In this document: positions 12,278 to 25,349 of the stretch, piece after piece
Numbering within the stretch: position 1 is the stretch's first letter
How the letters are laid out: each line of letters starts with the position of its first letter
From: Eledone cirrhosa
Taxonomy: Eukaryota
Assembly: GCA_964016885.1 (NCBI GenBank)
Contig: OZ024761.1
Span: forward strand, 14,818,001 to 14,882,000
DNA: 64,000 nucleotides
Direction: 5' to 3'
Notes under the pieces: model-generated
Told to the model about the DNA's origin: nothing
The model's database searches: none
Seen by the model: only the letters and a program-made list of their open reading frames with translations
Made by a program: the position numbers and the translations under genes

Positions 12278-12298
12278 ATGTATATATATATTCATATT

Positions 12299-12331
<33 letters not shown>

Positions 12332-12426
12332 TGATATTCACATATGCTACATAATATACTTTCCTTTTATTGAGTCTACTTAATCCCAAGATTAGAGTAA
12401 CTTATGTTCAATATTTACACACATGA

Positions 12427-12482
<56 letters not shown>

Positions 12483-12542
12483 ATGTATATATGTATATAT
12501 ATATATGTATATATATATATGTGTATGTATGTATATGTATGG

Positions 12543-12578
<36 letters not shown>

Positions 12579-12754
12579 GTATATATATATATGGATATAT
12601 ATGTATGGATATATATGTATGTATATATATGTATATATATGTATATATATATGTATATATATATGTATATATATATGTATATATATATGTATATATATAT
12701 GTATATATATGTATATATATGTATATATATATGTATATATATATATATATATGT

Positions 12755-12914
12755 AAGCTAAGAGTCAGAGGAATAGAATTTAGCATTCATGAGAGACAAT
12801 TCTGCTGGTATGGTCCTGTGATGTGTAAAGAGAGCAAGTGTTATATAAAAAGGTGTCAAGACACTTGAAGTGGATGGAACCTTTAGAAGAGGGATTCCTA
12901 GGAAGACATAGGAC
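12755..12914 (+). pseudogene. RTE-clade LINE fragment, C-terminal region downstream of RT (decayed)
   Basis: Translates [25 protein letters not shown]...(frameshift)[16 protein letters not shown], matching the RTE motif RRLRWxGHVxR...GxRxRGRPRKTW. Confidence 0.7.
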
Positions 12915-13809
12915 AAAATTGTCTTTTTTTATAAATTCTTCTTCATGCATGAGTTGTCTTTTGCCTGATTGAGATGAGGGATCAGTTTCTAGAGCCCACT
13001 GCGAGGTAACATATCTTTATAATGAGATTAAATCTACAAGTAGATCTTTTTCTTGTGAGTTGCTCTCAGTTTGTTGTCGTTCTTCTGATTGAGATCGGAG
13101 ATCGGTGATCAGTTTCCAGGGTCCACAATGAGCAGCTAAATAATAAACTTGCGCTCCAGGATGAAGTTGTGACAACTTGAATGGAAGTGGTGAGAGCTGA
13201 TCTCTGAAATTCAGAGGAGATGACAAAGGAACAAGACAAGTGGAAAGATGTTGTACTGAGAAGGACCCATCCAACCCATCATGCAAGCATGGAACAATGG
13301 ACGTAACATGATAATGATGAACTGACATAGGGCCAAGCTGACAGATGACAGGACCAAACTGACCATTGATATGCCATTAAACAAAAGATATGTCCACCAA
13401 TCACCAATATGTCCACTGTCACAGTAAATGCAAACATGAATGTGTGGTGTGGGGTGAGCTGAGGGGGAGGAGAACTCGGGCTGGGAGGGATCTGATGCGG
13501 TGTGTAAAGGGAGGGGGCTGAGATGTTGTGGATGTGTTGATGTGGTGGGGCTGGTGTGTATGGAGAATGATAGCTGTATAAAGAGATGCAGAGAAATCTC
13601 AGTGGGTGGGACTACATTTTTCTCATTTCCCATCTCTTCCCCTCCCCTCTCCACATCACCCTTTTGAACCCCACCACACCTGTCACCCACGCATGACATA
13701 TTTATCACCCCCCCACCACCACACACACACACACACACAGCATTATACCCACCCCTTTCCCCTGTGAGGTAGAAGAGGCTCCTCAGTGAGGGGAAATCAA
13801 TGACTTACA

Positions 13810-14340
13810 GCCTCACTAGTGCTGATGCCACAAAAAAACACACCCAGTACACTCTGCAAGGCAGTTGGTTGGTTGCTGTTAGGAAAGGCTCCCAGTTGTA
13901 AAAAACACACCCAGTACACTCTGCAAGGCAGTTGGTTTGTCGGTTGCTGTTAGAAAAGGCTCCCAGTTGTAAAAAAACACACCCAGTACACTCTGCAAGG
14001 CAGTTGGTTTGTCGGTTGCTGTTAGGAAAGGCTCCCAGTTGTAAAAACCTTGCTCAAAAACGGTTAAGAGGACTCTTTAGTTATGCCAAGGACACAATAA
14101 CCTTTCTAGTGCTGATGCCATGAAAAATACCCCAGTACACCATTTGATCATAGTAAGGGCTTTCGGGTGTAGAAACCATGCAAAAAAAAAATGGATTGAA
14201 AGGACTTTGTAGTTTTGTCAACAGTACCACAACCTCTTTAGTGTTGGTGATATGATAAACTCTACTCAGTAGTCTTTGTAAAATGGTTGGTGATAGGAAG
14301 GACATCCAGTTATATAAAACTTGCCAAAGCTAACATCAGC
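13810..14340 (+). repeat. Degenerate SINE-A-related fragments with ~70-bp tandem triplication
   Basis: CACCCAGTACACTCTGCAAGGCAGTTGG...GCTCCCAGTTGTAAAAA x3 (13832-14046). Confidence 0.7.
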
Positions 14341-14418
14341 AGAATTTGAACTTAGAATGAAAAGAACCAGAACTGTATGCTGCAAAGCATGTTCGACATT
14401 CTACAGATACTGCCATAT

Positions 14419-14597
14419 ATATTTAATATAGAAATGGCTTCTACAGGACTAGAACTGTTGGGCTTACCTGATGATTTCCTTCGAATGAATGAAACAGTTC
14501 TAGTCCTGTAGAAGCCATTTCTATATTAAATATTTATACTCTGCTATGTATTGAGTACCTTACTTACTGTGGATACTCTCGATTGAACCCGAGATAT
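14419..14597 (+). mobile_element. Foldback element family P (41-bp perfect arms + 3' tail) with hammerhead-like core
   Basis: Arms 14419-14459 / 14493-14533; spacer CTGATGA-tTTC..GAAt-GAAACAGTTC; tail TATACTCTGCTATGTATTGAGTACCTTACTTACTGTGG shared with 43157-43295, 57385-57568 and ~41150-41205. Confidence 0.75.
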
Positions 14598-14652
14598 ATA
14601 CACACACACAATCATCATCATCATCTGCTATATATATATATATATACATATA

Positions 14653-14940
14653 CATCATCATCATCACCGTTTTACGTCCGTTCTTCCACGCTAGCATGGG
14701 TTAGACAGGTTGTCCTGTTGTGTGCAGTGTCTGGTCGGCTGACCATGCCTTGCTCATACAGGAACTGATCTGGCTTGATTTCTACAGCTGGATGCCCTTC
14801 CTAACACCAACCTCATTTACAGTGAGTGCTGGGTGCTTTTTCGTGGCGCCTACACATCCACTTTACAGTGTGGGCTGGGTGCTTTTTTGCCGTGGCACCT
14901 CCACGACCACCTTGCGGTGGGGGGTGTGGGGGCATATTGT
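14653..14940 (-). mobile_element. Headless element A2
   Basis: Near-identical reverse complement of 1146-1433 with the same 5' boundary (GGGGGCATATTGT). Confidence 0.85.
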
Positions 14941-15370
14941 TTATATGCTTCAGCATGTACCCATGGGAGGTCGGGTACTCTGTATTACTGCGTGACGCCA
15001 GAAGTCAACAAACACATACACATTATGTATGTGTATATATATATCCTAGGCAACAATACAACAAATAAATAAATACATTTATATATATATATTGTGTATA
15101 TATGCTTGGTACTTATTTAGTTATTTGCATTCAATTTAGAGATTCACAGGTATTGGGTAATGGGTGTGTCTGTCTGTGTGTTTTTTGTATATGTGTGCGT
15201 ATGTAGATGTGTGTGTGCGTAGATGTGTGTGTGCGTAGATGTGTGTGTCTGTACAGATATTCACATACATTATTTAAAATATGTTGGTTTATTAATCATT
15301 AAATGTGTATATTATATATATATATGTGTGTATATATATATGTGTGTATGTGTATATATATATGTGTATG

Positions 15371-15407
<37 letters not shown>

Positions 15408-15451
15408 ATGTATATGTGTATATATGTAATATATATATATATGTGTGTGTA

Positions 15452-15502
<51 letters not shown>

Positions 15503-15529
15503 ATGTATATGTGTATATATATATATATA

Positions 15530-15568
<39 letters not shown>

Positions 15569-16091
15569 GTGTATGTATATGTGTATATATGTATATATAT
15601 ATATATGTGTGTATGTATATATATTTATACGTGTGTGTGTATGTATAGTGTGTGTGTATCCATATATACATGTATACACACGTGTATATAGATACACACA
15701 CATATATAATGATGTTTGTTTTCCATGCTGGCAGATGTTGTGGGACCAGATAAGTCAGACGACCATATCCTGCTCAGGTGCTCCATCTGGGCCTGGTTTG
15801 TTGCCATGGCTGGATGGCTAGGGTGTACTGGATGCATTATATCATTACCACTTTCACACACACACACACACACTCACACTCACACTCACACTCTCACACT
15901 CACACACACACACACACACACACACATCACTCTTGCTAGTGTGGAAAAACGGATGCTAAATTAAATGATGATATTCACACTCACCAAATATTTAAGTACC
16001 CTCTAACCAAGAGCACAGCTGGGGCTGTAGATATCCACACACATGTATATACATACATACACACACACTCACCATGCGTTATATATATAAT

Positions 16092-16427
16092 CATCATCAT
16101 CATTTTACGTCCGCTTTTCCCTGCTTGCAAGGGTTGGACGGGAACTGATTCTGGCTTGATTTCTACAGCTGGATACCCTTCCTAACACCAACCTCATTTA
16201 CAGTGAGTGCTGGGTGCTTTTTTTTTCCGTGGCACCTCCACGACCACTTTGCAGTGGAATGATAGGGACCCCAGTCCCTATCATCTCATTTCTACAGCTG
16301 AGTAAACTGGAGCAATGTGAAATAAAGTGTCTTGCTCAAGGAAACAACACATCACCCTGTCTGAGAATTGAACTCACAACCTTTCGATTGCAAGCCCAAT
16401 GCTCTAACCACTAAGCCATGCGCCTCC
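16092..16427 (-). mobile_element. SINE family A, full length
   Basis: Reverse complement of 777-1122. Confidence 0.9.
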
Positions 16428-16481
16428 ATTATATATATATATACACACACACATACATATTCACCAATAGTTATATGCATT

Positions 16482-16790
16482 CATCATCATCATTTAATGT
16501 CCATCTTCCACGCTAGCATGTGTTGGACGGTTTTGTCCTACTTGAGGCAAGATTGGTCAGGAGATCGTGTCTTGTTTGTACAGAACTGTCTCTGGCAGGT
16601 TTTTTACGGCTGGATGCCCTTCCTAACACCAACCACATTTACAGTGTGGACTGGGAGCTTTTTTACCATGTCTCCTACATGACCAATTTACAGTGTAGAC
16701 TGGGTGATTTTTGTCCTGTCACCTACTCGACCACTTTAGTGTGGACTGGGAGCCTTTTTACCGTGTCTCCTACACGACCATTTTACAGTG
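16482..16790 (-). mobile_element. A2-like element with three internal subrepeats
   Basis: (CAT)n tail, GGATGCCCTTCCTAACACC, repeated TTTACAGTGTGGACTGGG. Confidence 0.7.
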
Positions 16791-17389
16791 GACGGAAATG
16801 GGAGAATGGAGTAGGGTGTGTGGGGTGGGGTGTATATTTGGTTAAGAGGGGCCTACTGACTGTAGGTTTAAGTTAGTGTGCAAGGAAAGGCGGATTTTCT
16901 GTATAACTGCATATATATATATTTGTATATATATATATATATGTGTGTGTGTATATGTATGTATATATATTCACACACACACACACACCAGCTACTATTT
17001 GAGTACTCCACTAACCAATAAGACCACAGTATTTGAAATATTTTTAAAATAATTTCTTCAATATTGATTTCTATGTTTAACTGTAATTTAAAATCAATTT
17101 TATCTTAGATAGAATTGTGAAGATGTCTTCTCAACAGACATATCTCTCTCCTTCTCTCCCTCATACACACATTCTTTCCCCCCCCCCCCCTCAGACACTA
17201 TCCAATCTGTTCCACTATCAACCAGTGTACTAAATCTCTCCACTATCCAGCCTCTACTATGATACATGCCACAACCACAACCATTTATATGATACAGCTT
17301 CAAGCGCCACCTTTTTCACAAGGTATTAATTACTGTTTGCTGTTTAATCAGGGTGGGAAGAAAAGAAGGAGGAAGGCAACTATTTTCAA

Positions 17390-18080
17390 ACCGGTACTAG
17401 GTTGAAATACAGTCAGTCAACTACCGATGAACAGATACTGGTACTAGGACTAAATACAGTCAGTTTATGTGAACAGATAATGATGAGTAGATATTAGTAC
17501 TAGAACCAGATAGAGTCTGTCAATGTGAAAAGCTAATGATGAGCAAAGACTGGTACTAGACCAGATAGTCAGTTAATGTGAACTGATACTGGTACTACGA
17601 CCAAATAGAGACAGTTAACCCTTTAGCATTTATATTACTCTATATTTATTATTGTTTTCTTGTGGTAAAGGCTTTACCTCACATAATTATCCCACATAAT
17701 ATGGAATCTATGAGATTTTGATATTATTTATTTTGAGAACAATACCTTAAAGTCAGTATGAGTGGCCAGTTAGGGCTGGTTTGAACAGAAAGAGGTGAGA
17801 GAATTCTGGCTGGATATGGTCAGTTTAAATGCTAAAGGGTTAATGTGAACTGATACTGGTACTATGACCAAATAGAGTCAGTCAATGTGAAAAGCTAATG
17901 AGGGGCAGAGACTGGTATTAGGACCAGATACAGTCAGTCAACGTGAACTGGTATTAGGTCTAAATATAGTCAGTTAATATTAACTAATAGTGCACGGATA
18001 CTGTTACTGGAACCCAATACAGCCAGTTAGTATGAACAGTTACTAGTAGTACGACCAAATACAGTTACTAGTACTAGGAC
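17390..18080. repeat. Degenerate ~42-55-bp tandem repeat (ACTGGTACTAGGACCAAATACAGTCAGTTAATGTGAAC)
   Basis: Recurrent GGTACTAG/CAGTCAGT motifs, interrupted by a MITE. Confidence 0.7.
17615..17843. mobile_element. piggyBac-type MITE (~220 bp)
   Basis: TTAA-CCCTTTAGCATTTA ... TAAATGCTAAAGGG-TTAA: TTAA TSD and CCC/GGG termini typical of piggyBac. Confidence 0.85.
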
Positions 18081-18089
18081 TTGTTCACA

Positions 18090-18500
18090 CTAGTATATAA
18101 CCTTCCAGATCACATGTCCTTAATTTAACAGTCCAGTGTTCACAGTAATAAGACTTTCCAGACTTCATGTCCTTAGCTTAACAATCCTGTGTTCACAGTA
18201 ATAAAACCTTCCAGATATCATGTCCTTAATTTAACAATCCAGTGTTCACAGTAGTATATAACCTTCCAGACCTCATGTCTTCAAGTTAACAATCCAGTGT
18301 TCACAAAAATAAAACCTTCCAGACCTCATAGCCTTAGCTTAACAATCCATTGTTCACAGTAATAAAACTTCCTAAACCTCATGTCTTCAACTTGGCAATC
18401 CAGTGTTCACAGTAATAAAACCTTCCAGACCTCATGTCTTCAACTTAACAATCCAGTGTTCACAGTATATAAATATGTAACCTTCCATACCTCTTGTCCT
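18090..18500. repeat. ~53-bp minisatellite, ~7.5 copies
   Basis: AACCTTCCAGACCTCATGTCTTCAACTTAACAATCCAGTGTTCACAGTAATAA repeated. Confidence 0.9.
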
Positions 18501-18987
18501 AGTGACATTTAGAAAACCTGTATGTCAGAATAAATATTTAGCTACTGTCACAGAATTAACACACAACAGTAATATTACCCCCCCCCCCCCCCCCCCCCCA
18601 CCCCCACCACCACCACACCACTCTCTTTAAGTCATCATTTTACTACTTCCTGTTGAAATCTCATCCATCCCCTTTCTAGCTTAACCCCATTTGTCACTAT
18701 ATTTCTAATAAAAAAAACATTAGGTATGGTTTTGAAATTAAGCAAGAAAGAATTTGAAGGGATTTAGTAATGTAACTCATGTTTTCATTATTGAGCTGTT
18801 GTTTGGAACATTGCTTAAAAATTCTTGCATAAAATTATATAAACACTTTAAATATAAACACTTTAAATATAAACACTTTAAAAATAAACACTTTAAAATA
18901 AACAATTTTGTATCATAGAACCAGGGATGGTTGGTATCAAAATGGCTTATAACAACCCATTGTTACCATATTTCTGCCTGTAACTCA

Positions 18988-19203
18988 TTAACCCTTTAGC
19001 ATTTAAAGTGGCCGTATCCAACCTGAATTTCCCCCACCTCTTTCTGTTCAAACTGGCTGTAACCAGCTGCTTATACTTATGTTAAGTATTTTTCTCAAAA
19101 TAAACAAGATCAAAATCTCATAGATTCAATATTATGTGAGATAAAGCCTTTATCGTGAAAATATAATAGTAAATATAGAGTAATGTAAATGCTAAATGGT
19201 TAA
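18988..19203. mobile_element. piggyBac-type MITE (opposite orientation)
   Basis: TTAACCCTTTAGCATTTAAA ... AAATGCTAAATGGTTAA. Confidence 0.8.
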
Positions 19204-19385
19204 AGTTTATGTTTACACACACATAATGATAAGATTGTGGATTCTACCCCTACATTTGTCCCTGTAAATAGTTATTTCTCCAAAGTTACTCATTCGTTTA
19301 ACTCTCTATATCATAATATATATGATAATATATGATAGTTGTATAAATACTCAGCATATCCTGAGTATTTATACAATTATATCCA

Positions 19386-19910
19386 GGAGTGGTGGATTGG
19401 CAGAATCAGTAGAGCTTCGGACAACATGCTTTGTTGCATATAGTTATGGCCCTTTACGTTCTACATTCAAATCCTGCTGAGGTTAACGTTGCCTTTCATC
19501 TTTACAGGGTCAATAAACTAAAGTACCAATAATCGACTTTCCCCTTTTCCTAAATTGCTGGCCTTGTGGGGACTGTGATTACGTTGTAAGACCAAAATAT
19601 ATATATAACCAGAATCAATAAAGTGAAGTACCAGTAATGTACTGGTGTCGATTTAATTGACTTTCCCCGCTTCTAAAAGTATGTGCCTAAATCAGAAACC
19701 ATTATTTAAAGAAAGCGGTGCATTGGTAGAATCAGTAGAGCATCAGACAACATGCTGTGGGGCATAGAGTTGTGGCCCTTTACGTTCTAAGTTCAAATTC
19801 TGCCAAGGTTAGCTTTGCCTTTCATCCTTACTGGGTTGATAAAATAAAGTACCAGTATTGCACTGGGGTTGATTTAATCAACCAAATTATTGGCCTTGTC
19901 CCTAAACCAA
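19386..19910 (+). mobile_element. Two older SINE family B copies plus a tail fragment
   Basis: Heads at ~19386 and ~19716; core GCCTTTCATC..GGGT(C/T)RATAAA.TAAAGTACC with CpG decay. Confidence 0.8.
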
Positions 19911-20013
19911 TATCCTGGCAGTATATTATTAAGATATCATTCTTATTTTTAATCACGTCTATGTGAAGCACATTTAATGCTATTGTCATCATTATTAATA
20001 GCACTGGTCTGAA

Positions 20014-20459
20014 TAATGATAATTACTTTGAATATAAGCCGATGAATATGTGAAAAAAAAAAATCAATGTTAACTCTTTAATGTTCAAACCGGCCAAAAC
20101 TGGCCGGGAATTCTCTACCTCTTTCTGTTCTGTTGAAACTGGCTGTAACTGGCCACTCATACTGACGTTAAGGTATTGTTCTCAAAATAAATACTTTCAA
20201 AATCTCATAGATTTGATATTATGTGAGATAATTATGCGAGGTAAAGCCTTTACCATGAAAATATAATAGTATATATAGAGTAATGTGAATGCTAAAGGGT
20301 TAAAAGAGGGTCAGCTTATATTCAGGAGTCAATATTTTGATGATTTTGACCAACTTCAAATTCTATGTAAATAAAGTTTGGATTTTTGCCCATTTCTCAG
20401 ACATAAAACAGTCGGGTTGGCTTATATCCTTATCGGCTTATATTCGAGTATTTATGGTA
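20014..20459. mobile_element. Non-autonomous Tc1/mariner (Tc2/pogo-like) element hosting a piggyBac MITE
   Basis: Inverted ends AATTACTTTGAATATAAGCCGAT / ATCGGCTTATATTCGAGTATTTATGG-TA; internal GCTTATAT repeats. Confidence 0.55.
20070..20303. mobile_element. piggyBac-type MITE, nested
   Basis: TTAACTCTTTAATGTTCAAA ... AATGCTAAAGGGTTAA; body homologous to 17615. Confidence 0.8.
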
Positions 20460-20466
20460 TATTGAT

Positions 20467-20622
20467 ACCCCCAGTACTTGACTGGTACGTTATTTTATCA
20501 ACTTCAGAAGGATGAGAGGCAAAGTTGACCTCGGCGGAATTTGAATTCTGACCGTAAAGTGTTGGAACAAATACTGCTAAGCCTTTGTCCGATTCTCTAA
20601 CACCTCTACCAATCTACCACCC
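20467..20622 (-). mobile_element. SINE family B, diverged
   Basis: GGCAAAGTTGACCTCGGCGGAATTTGAA core. Confidence 0.75.
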
Positions 20623-21059
20623 CTTGGTCCACCAGTAATGATGATTTGGAAGGCTCAAGGCCACAGATGTAGGAGGGTGGCAGTGTTACCCACTTAACTC
20701 CATTGTTTTGCACTGTTATTTCTAGTTTCTATTTACATTATATTCTACATTGTGAAGTGAAGTGAATAAAAAGTTGTTGTTTCATATCTGAACCGGCAAA
20801 GTTTTGAGGAAAACTAGCTTTCCTTTCTTCCTTGGGTGTGTTTCTGTGTGCAGGTGGTGTGTATCCATCCTGTTGTGTGTATATCATCATCATCATCCAT
20901 TTAATGTCTGCCCTTCCCTGCTAACAAGAGTTGGATTGGTCTTTACAGACCAAGTCAGTACCCAAGCAGAGTTAATGACCTCTTTCCTTATTCCTCCTTC
21001 CCACAGATAGTTTTGCTGCACACACACACACACATACATATATATATGTGTATGCATGT

Positions 21060-21280
21060 ATCGTCATCATCATCATCATCGTCGTTTAACGTCTATCTTC
21101 CACGCTAGCATGGGTTTAGACGGGAATTGTCCCACTTGAGGCAAGATTGGTTGTCTTGCTCGTATAGGAGTGTCGGGCAGGTTTTCTACGGCTGGATGCC
21201 CTCCTAACACCAACCACGTTTACAGTGTGGACTGTGTGCTTTTTTGTCGTGACACCTACACGACCTCATTTATTTAGGAC
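21060..21280 (-). mobile_element. A2-like element
   Basis: (CAT)n-GTTTAACGTC..CCACGCTAGCATGGG...GGATGCCC; homologous to 30330-30540. Confidence 0.7.
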
Positions 21281-21928
21281 TGGATGTTGTGGTACCAACA
21301 TAACTTTACAGAGAAAGGGGTGATGTATGTATGTGTGTATGAAATGTGTATGTATGTAGATACACATATATACAAACACATACATGCATACATATTGTGT
21401 TGTGTATGTTATTCTGATCCTAGTAAACATTCTTCAATACTGTTTAGGAGAGTAGAGTACAGGGGAGACGTGGCAGTGGTGGTGGTCGTGGTTGGAGACT
21501 GTAAACAATTCATGATGTGAATGTAACTGTTTTCTCATTACATTAGCACATTGTAAAGTCACCTGTTTGTGTCTCCTGAATAAATGCTGTCTATATAGGA
21601 ATGGATGGTGACAGTGACTGGTGGTGGTGTATAGTATTGACGGTGTGGCATATGAGAGACTTCCTTAATACATACAACACAATATTATTCCACCATGGAC
21701 AACATCATACACTAACCATGGGAAGAATCTCACTACTGTCTATTTTTATGTAAAAAAAAAAATTGACTTTTTTTCTTAATATATCCTGTTTCTCACCCAT
21801 TTGGGAAAAATTCAGCCTTGTTTTTATATATATATATTGAGAGAAAGAGACAGTGGTGCATATATAGATATACACACAGGCACACACACAAACATATATA
21901 TATGTGTGTGTGTGTGTGTATATATATA

Positions 21929-22258
21929 GGCACATGGCTTAATGGTTAGAGCATTGGCCTTGCAATCGAAAGGTTGTGAGTTCAATTCTCAGACCGGGTG
22001 ATGTGTTGTTTCCTTGAGCAAGACACTTTATTTCACATTGCTCCAGTTTACTCAGCTGTAGAAATGAGATGATAGAGACTGGGGTCCCTATCATTCCACT
22101 GCAAAGTGGTCGTGGAGGTGCCATGGCAAAAAAAACACCCAGCACTCACTGTAAATGAGGTTGGTGTCAGGAAGGGCATCCAGCTGTAGAAATCAAGCCA
22201 GAATCAGTTCCCGTCCCACCCTTGCAAGCAGGGAACGGCGGACATAAAATGATGATGA
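21929..22258 (+). mobile_element. SINE family A, full length
   Basis: Near-identical to 777-1122. Confidence 0.9.
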
Positions 22259-22439
22259 TATATATATCCACACACATATAATGGTTGAGTGTAATGATAA
22301 TAATGGCAATAGTCAATGGAGTCAGGTATTTCTAGATTTTTGTTTTTCCCAAAATACTGACTGGGGAGATATTTAAAGATTTCATTGCTTATTATTGTTA
22401 CTATATCAAACCAGCAATGAGAAGAAAGGAAAGGAAATT

Positions 22440-23700
22440 TACAGTTCACACCTATATAGGTTTAGCTGGCCTCCTACGAGGTTTCTTAGTTGTTTTAATA
22501 ATAAGGGCTCCCACAGTTTTCTATAGTTAATACTGTTCACACCTATGTAACTTTTGTTGGCCTCCTATGAGGTTGCTTAGGTGTTTAAATACGGGCCCCA
22601 ATCCTATCAAATTATGAGTACAGTTCACATCGATGCAGGTTTTTCTGGCCTCCTACGAGGTTTCTTAGGTGTTTAACCCTTTAGTATTCATATTACTCTA
22701 TATATACTATTGTATTTTTGCTGTAAAGGCTTTTTCTTACATAATATCTCACATAGTATCGAATCGTTGAGATTTTGATATTATTTATTTTGAGAATAAT
22801 ATCTTAACATCAGTATGAGTGGTCGGTTACAGTCAGTTTGAACAAAAAGAGGTGAGAGAATTCTGGCCGGATACGGTCGGTTTAAATGCTAAAGTGTTGA
22901 ATAAGGGCCCTAATCCTATCAGGTTATGAGTTCAGTTTCCGCCTATGCAGGTTTATCTGGCCTCCTATGAGGTTACATCTCATAGAAGATTTCTTGGATG
23001 TTTTAATGATAGGGTCCTCAGTCCTATCATGTTACAGCTCACACCTATGTAAATTTATCTTGCCTTCTAGAAAGTATCTCGAGTATTTTAATGATAGTGG
23101 CCTCATTCCTATCATGTTGTTCTTACAGTCCACACCTATGTAGGTTTAGCTGGCCTCCTATGAGGTTTCTTGGGTGTTTTTAAAAATAGGGGCCTCAAGT
23201 TTTATATTGTTGGTACGGTCCACACCCGTACAGGATTAGCTGGCATCCTACAAGGTTGGGCCTCGAAGGAAGTTTCTTTGTTGTTTTAATGATAGAAGTT
23301 TCAGTTATATCATGTGTTTATTACAGCACACACATATGTAGATTTAATTGACTGCTGTATCTCAGAGGAGGGTTCTGGGTGTTTCAATGACAGGGGCTCC
23401 AGTCATGATTATTTTTGTTACAGTTCACACCTATGTAGTTGTACCTCATAGGAGGGTTCTTGGGTGTTTCAATAGCAGGGTCTCCCACCCTATCATATTT
23501 TTGTTACAGTTCACACTCCTATGTAATTTTATTTTTAACTGACTGCCTATGTGTTGTATTTCATAGGAGGGTTCTTGGGTGTTTTAATGGTAGGGTCTCC
23601 AGTCTTATCATATTTTTGTTATAGTTCACACACCCATGTTGTTGATCTCATAAGAGGTTTCTTCAGTGTTTTAATGGAAGCCCCCTCCCCCCAAGTCTTA
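22440..23700. repeat. Old degenerate ~75-105-bp tandem array (ACAGTTCACACCTATG...GGCCTCCTAYGAGG...GTGTTTTAATG)
   Basis: About a dozen diverged units; a single inverted unit at ~58870-58975. Confidence 0.8.
22673..22900. mobile_element. piggyBac-type MITE inserted in the satellite
   Basis: TTAACCCTTTAGTATT ... AAATGCTAAAGTGTTGA. Confidence 0.8.
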
Positions 23701-23914
23701 TCACGAAAAAACAACATGAAATGAAGAGTCTTGCTTATGAATAAAATGCATTGCCCACCCGGCTGAGGTATCAAACCCACGACCTTATTGTTGTGATTCC
23801 AGCAGCCTAACTACCAGACCATACACCTTCATATATATTTCATCATTCAGTCTTGTAAGAGTTAAACACAGCTATGAAGATTTATGTGCTCTTGTGTGTG
23901 TGTGTGTGTGTATA

Positions 23915-24395
23915 TATTGGTCATGTAGGAGACAGTGAAAAGGCTCCCAGTCCACACTGTAAATGTGGTTGGTGTTAGGAAGGGCATTCAGCTTTAAAAA
24001 AACCTGTCAGAGATACTTTTGTATGAGCGAGATGCAGTCTCCTGACCATTCATGCATCAAATGGAGCAAAGCCGTCTAACCCATGCTAGCGTGGAAGATG
24101 GACGTTAAATGATGATGATGATATATAGACTGAGTGGTGTGTTGTTTCCTTGAGCAAGACACTTTATTTCACATTGCCCCAGTTTACTCAGCTGTAGAAA
24201 TGAGATGATTGGGACTGGGGTCTATATCATTCCACTGCAAAGTGGTCGTGGAGGTGCCACGGCAGAAAAGCACCCAGCACTCACTGTAAATGAGGTTGGT
24301 GTTAGGAAGGGCATCCAGCTGTAGAAATCAAGCCAGATTCAGTTCCCGTCCCACCCTTGCAAGCAGGGAAAAGCGGACGTAAAATGAAATGATGA
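23915..24395 (+). mobile_element. A2-like element followed by a 5'-truncated SINE A
   Basis: Two GGAAGGGCAT blocks, each followed by its own (ATG)n tail. Confidence 0.8.
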
Positions 24396-24484
24396 TATAT
24401 ATATATATATATATATACAGACACACAGCACAATGTTATTGTCGTTGGAAATCTTGATACCTATAAACATTATCATCATCACGT

Positions 24485-24860
24485 GAACTACTACTACTAC
24501 AACTACTACTGCTGCTGCTGCCACTACTGTCTCTTACTAATACTACTATTACTATTCCAACTACTACCACTGCTAGTATTACCATGTCTCACTACCACTA
24601 CCACCACCACTACCAGTACCACTACTACTACCACCACCACCAGTACCACTACTACTACCACCACCACCAGTACCTCTACCACCACTACTACCAGTATCAC
24701 CACCACCACCACCACTACCAGTACTACCAGTACCTCTACCAACACCACCACCACCACTACCAGTACCACCACCACTATCAGCATCACTACCATCACTACC
24801 ACCACCACTACCACTACCAGTACCACCATCACCACCAGTACTACCATGTTCCACCATAAT
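24485..24860. repeat. (ACT/ACC)n trinucleotide low-complexity tract
   Basis: Visible directly in the sequence. Confidence 0.9.
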
Positions 24861-25117
24861 GTTTAGATCAACCTGATAAGATAGAGAGATAGATAAAAAA
24901 ACAACATCATCAAAAACGCATCTCTTATGATGTCAATATAGAATAATTTTAGTTTGGAAACAATAGCAGCAGTTTGTATATTTATAATTATCAGTAAAAA
25001 GTAGAACAGAAGAGTCGGGAGGAGAGGTGGTGGTGGTAAGTGGGGGTGGGGTGGCAAGGTAGTTATATCATTGTTAACAATATCAGTTTCTAAAATCATG
25101 TGGACCAACTAGTACTA

Positions 25118-25181
<64 letters not shown>

Positions 25182-25209
25182 AACAAAAGATGGTTAAAAG
25201 AGTTCCATG

Positions 25210-25280
25210 TATTTTATTATGCGCATTTCAAAAACAAATATCATCATGCAATAATATTTGTGTTTTCATCAGATAAAATA
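25210..25280 (-). ncRNA. Type I hammerhead ribozyme candidate (mirror copy)
   Basis: Reverse complement of 25350-25420. Confidence 0.8.
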
Positions 25281-25349
25281 GGAAGACATGATATGAAGGT
25301 TAAAAAACACTTGTGGATAGTGTTTTTTAACCTTCATATCATGTCTTTC

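Noticed and set aside
19386-20622. CpG decay in SINE B copies as a marker of a methylated domain
   Set aside because: Confounded with element age; copies at 42 kb and 51 kb retain CpGs.
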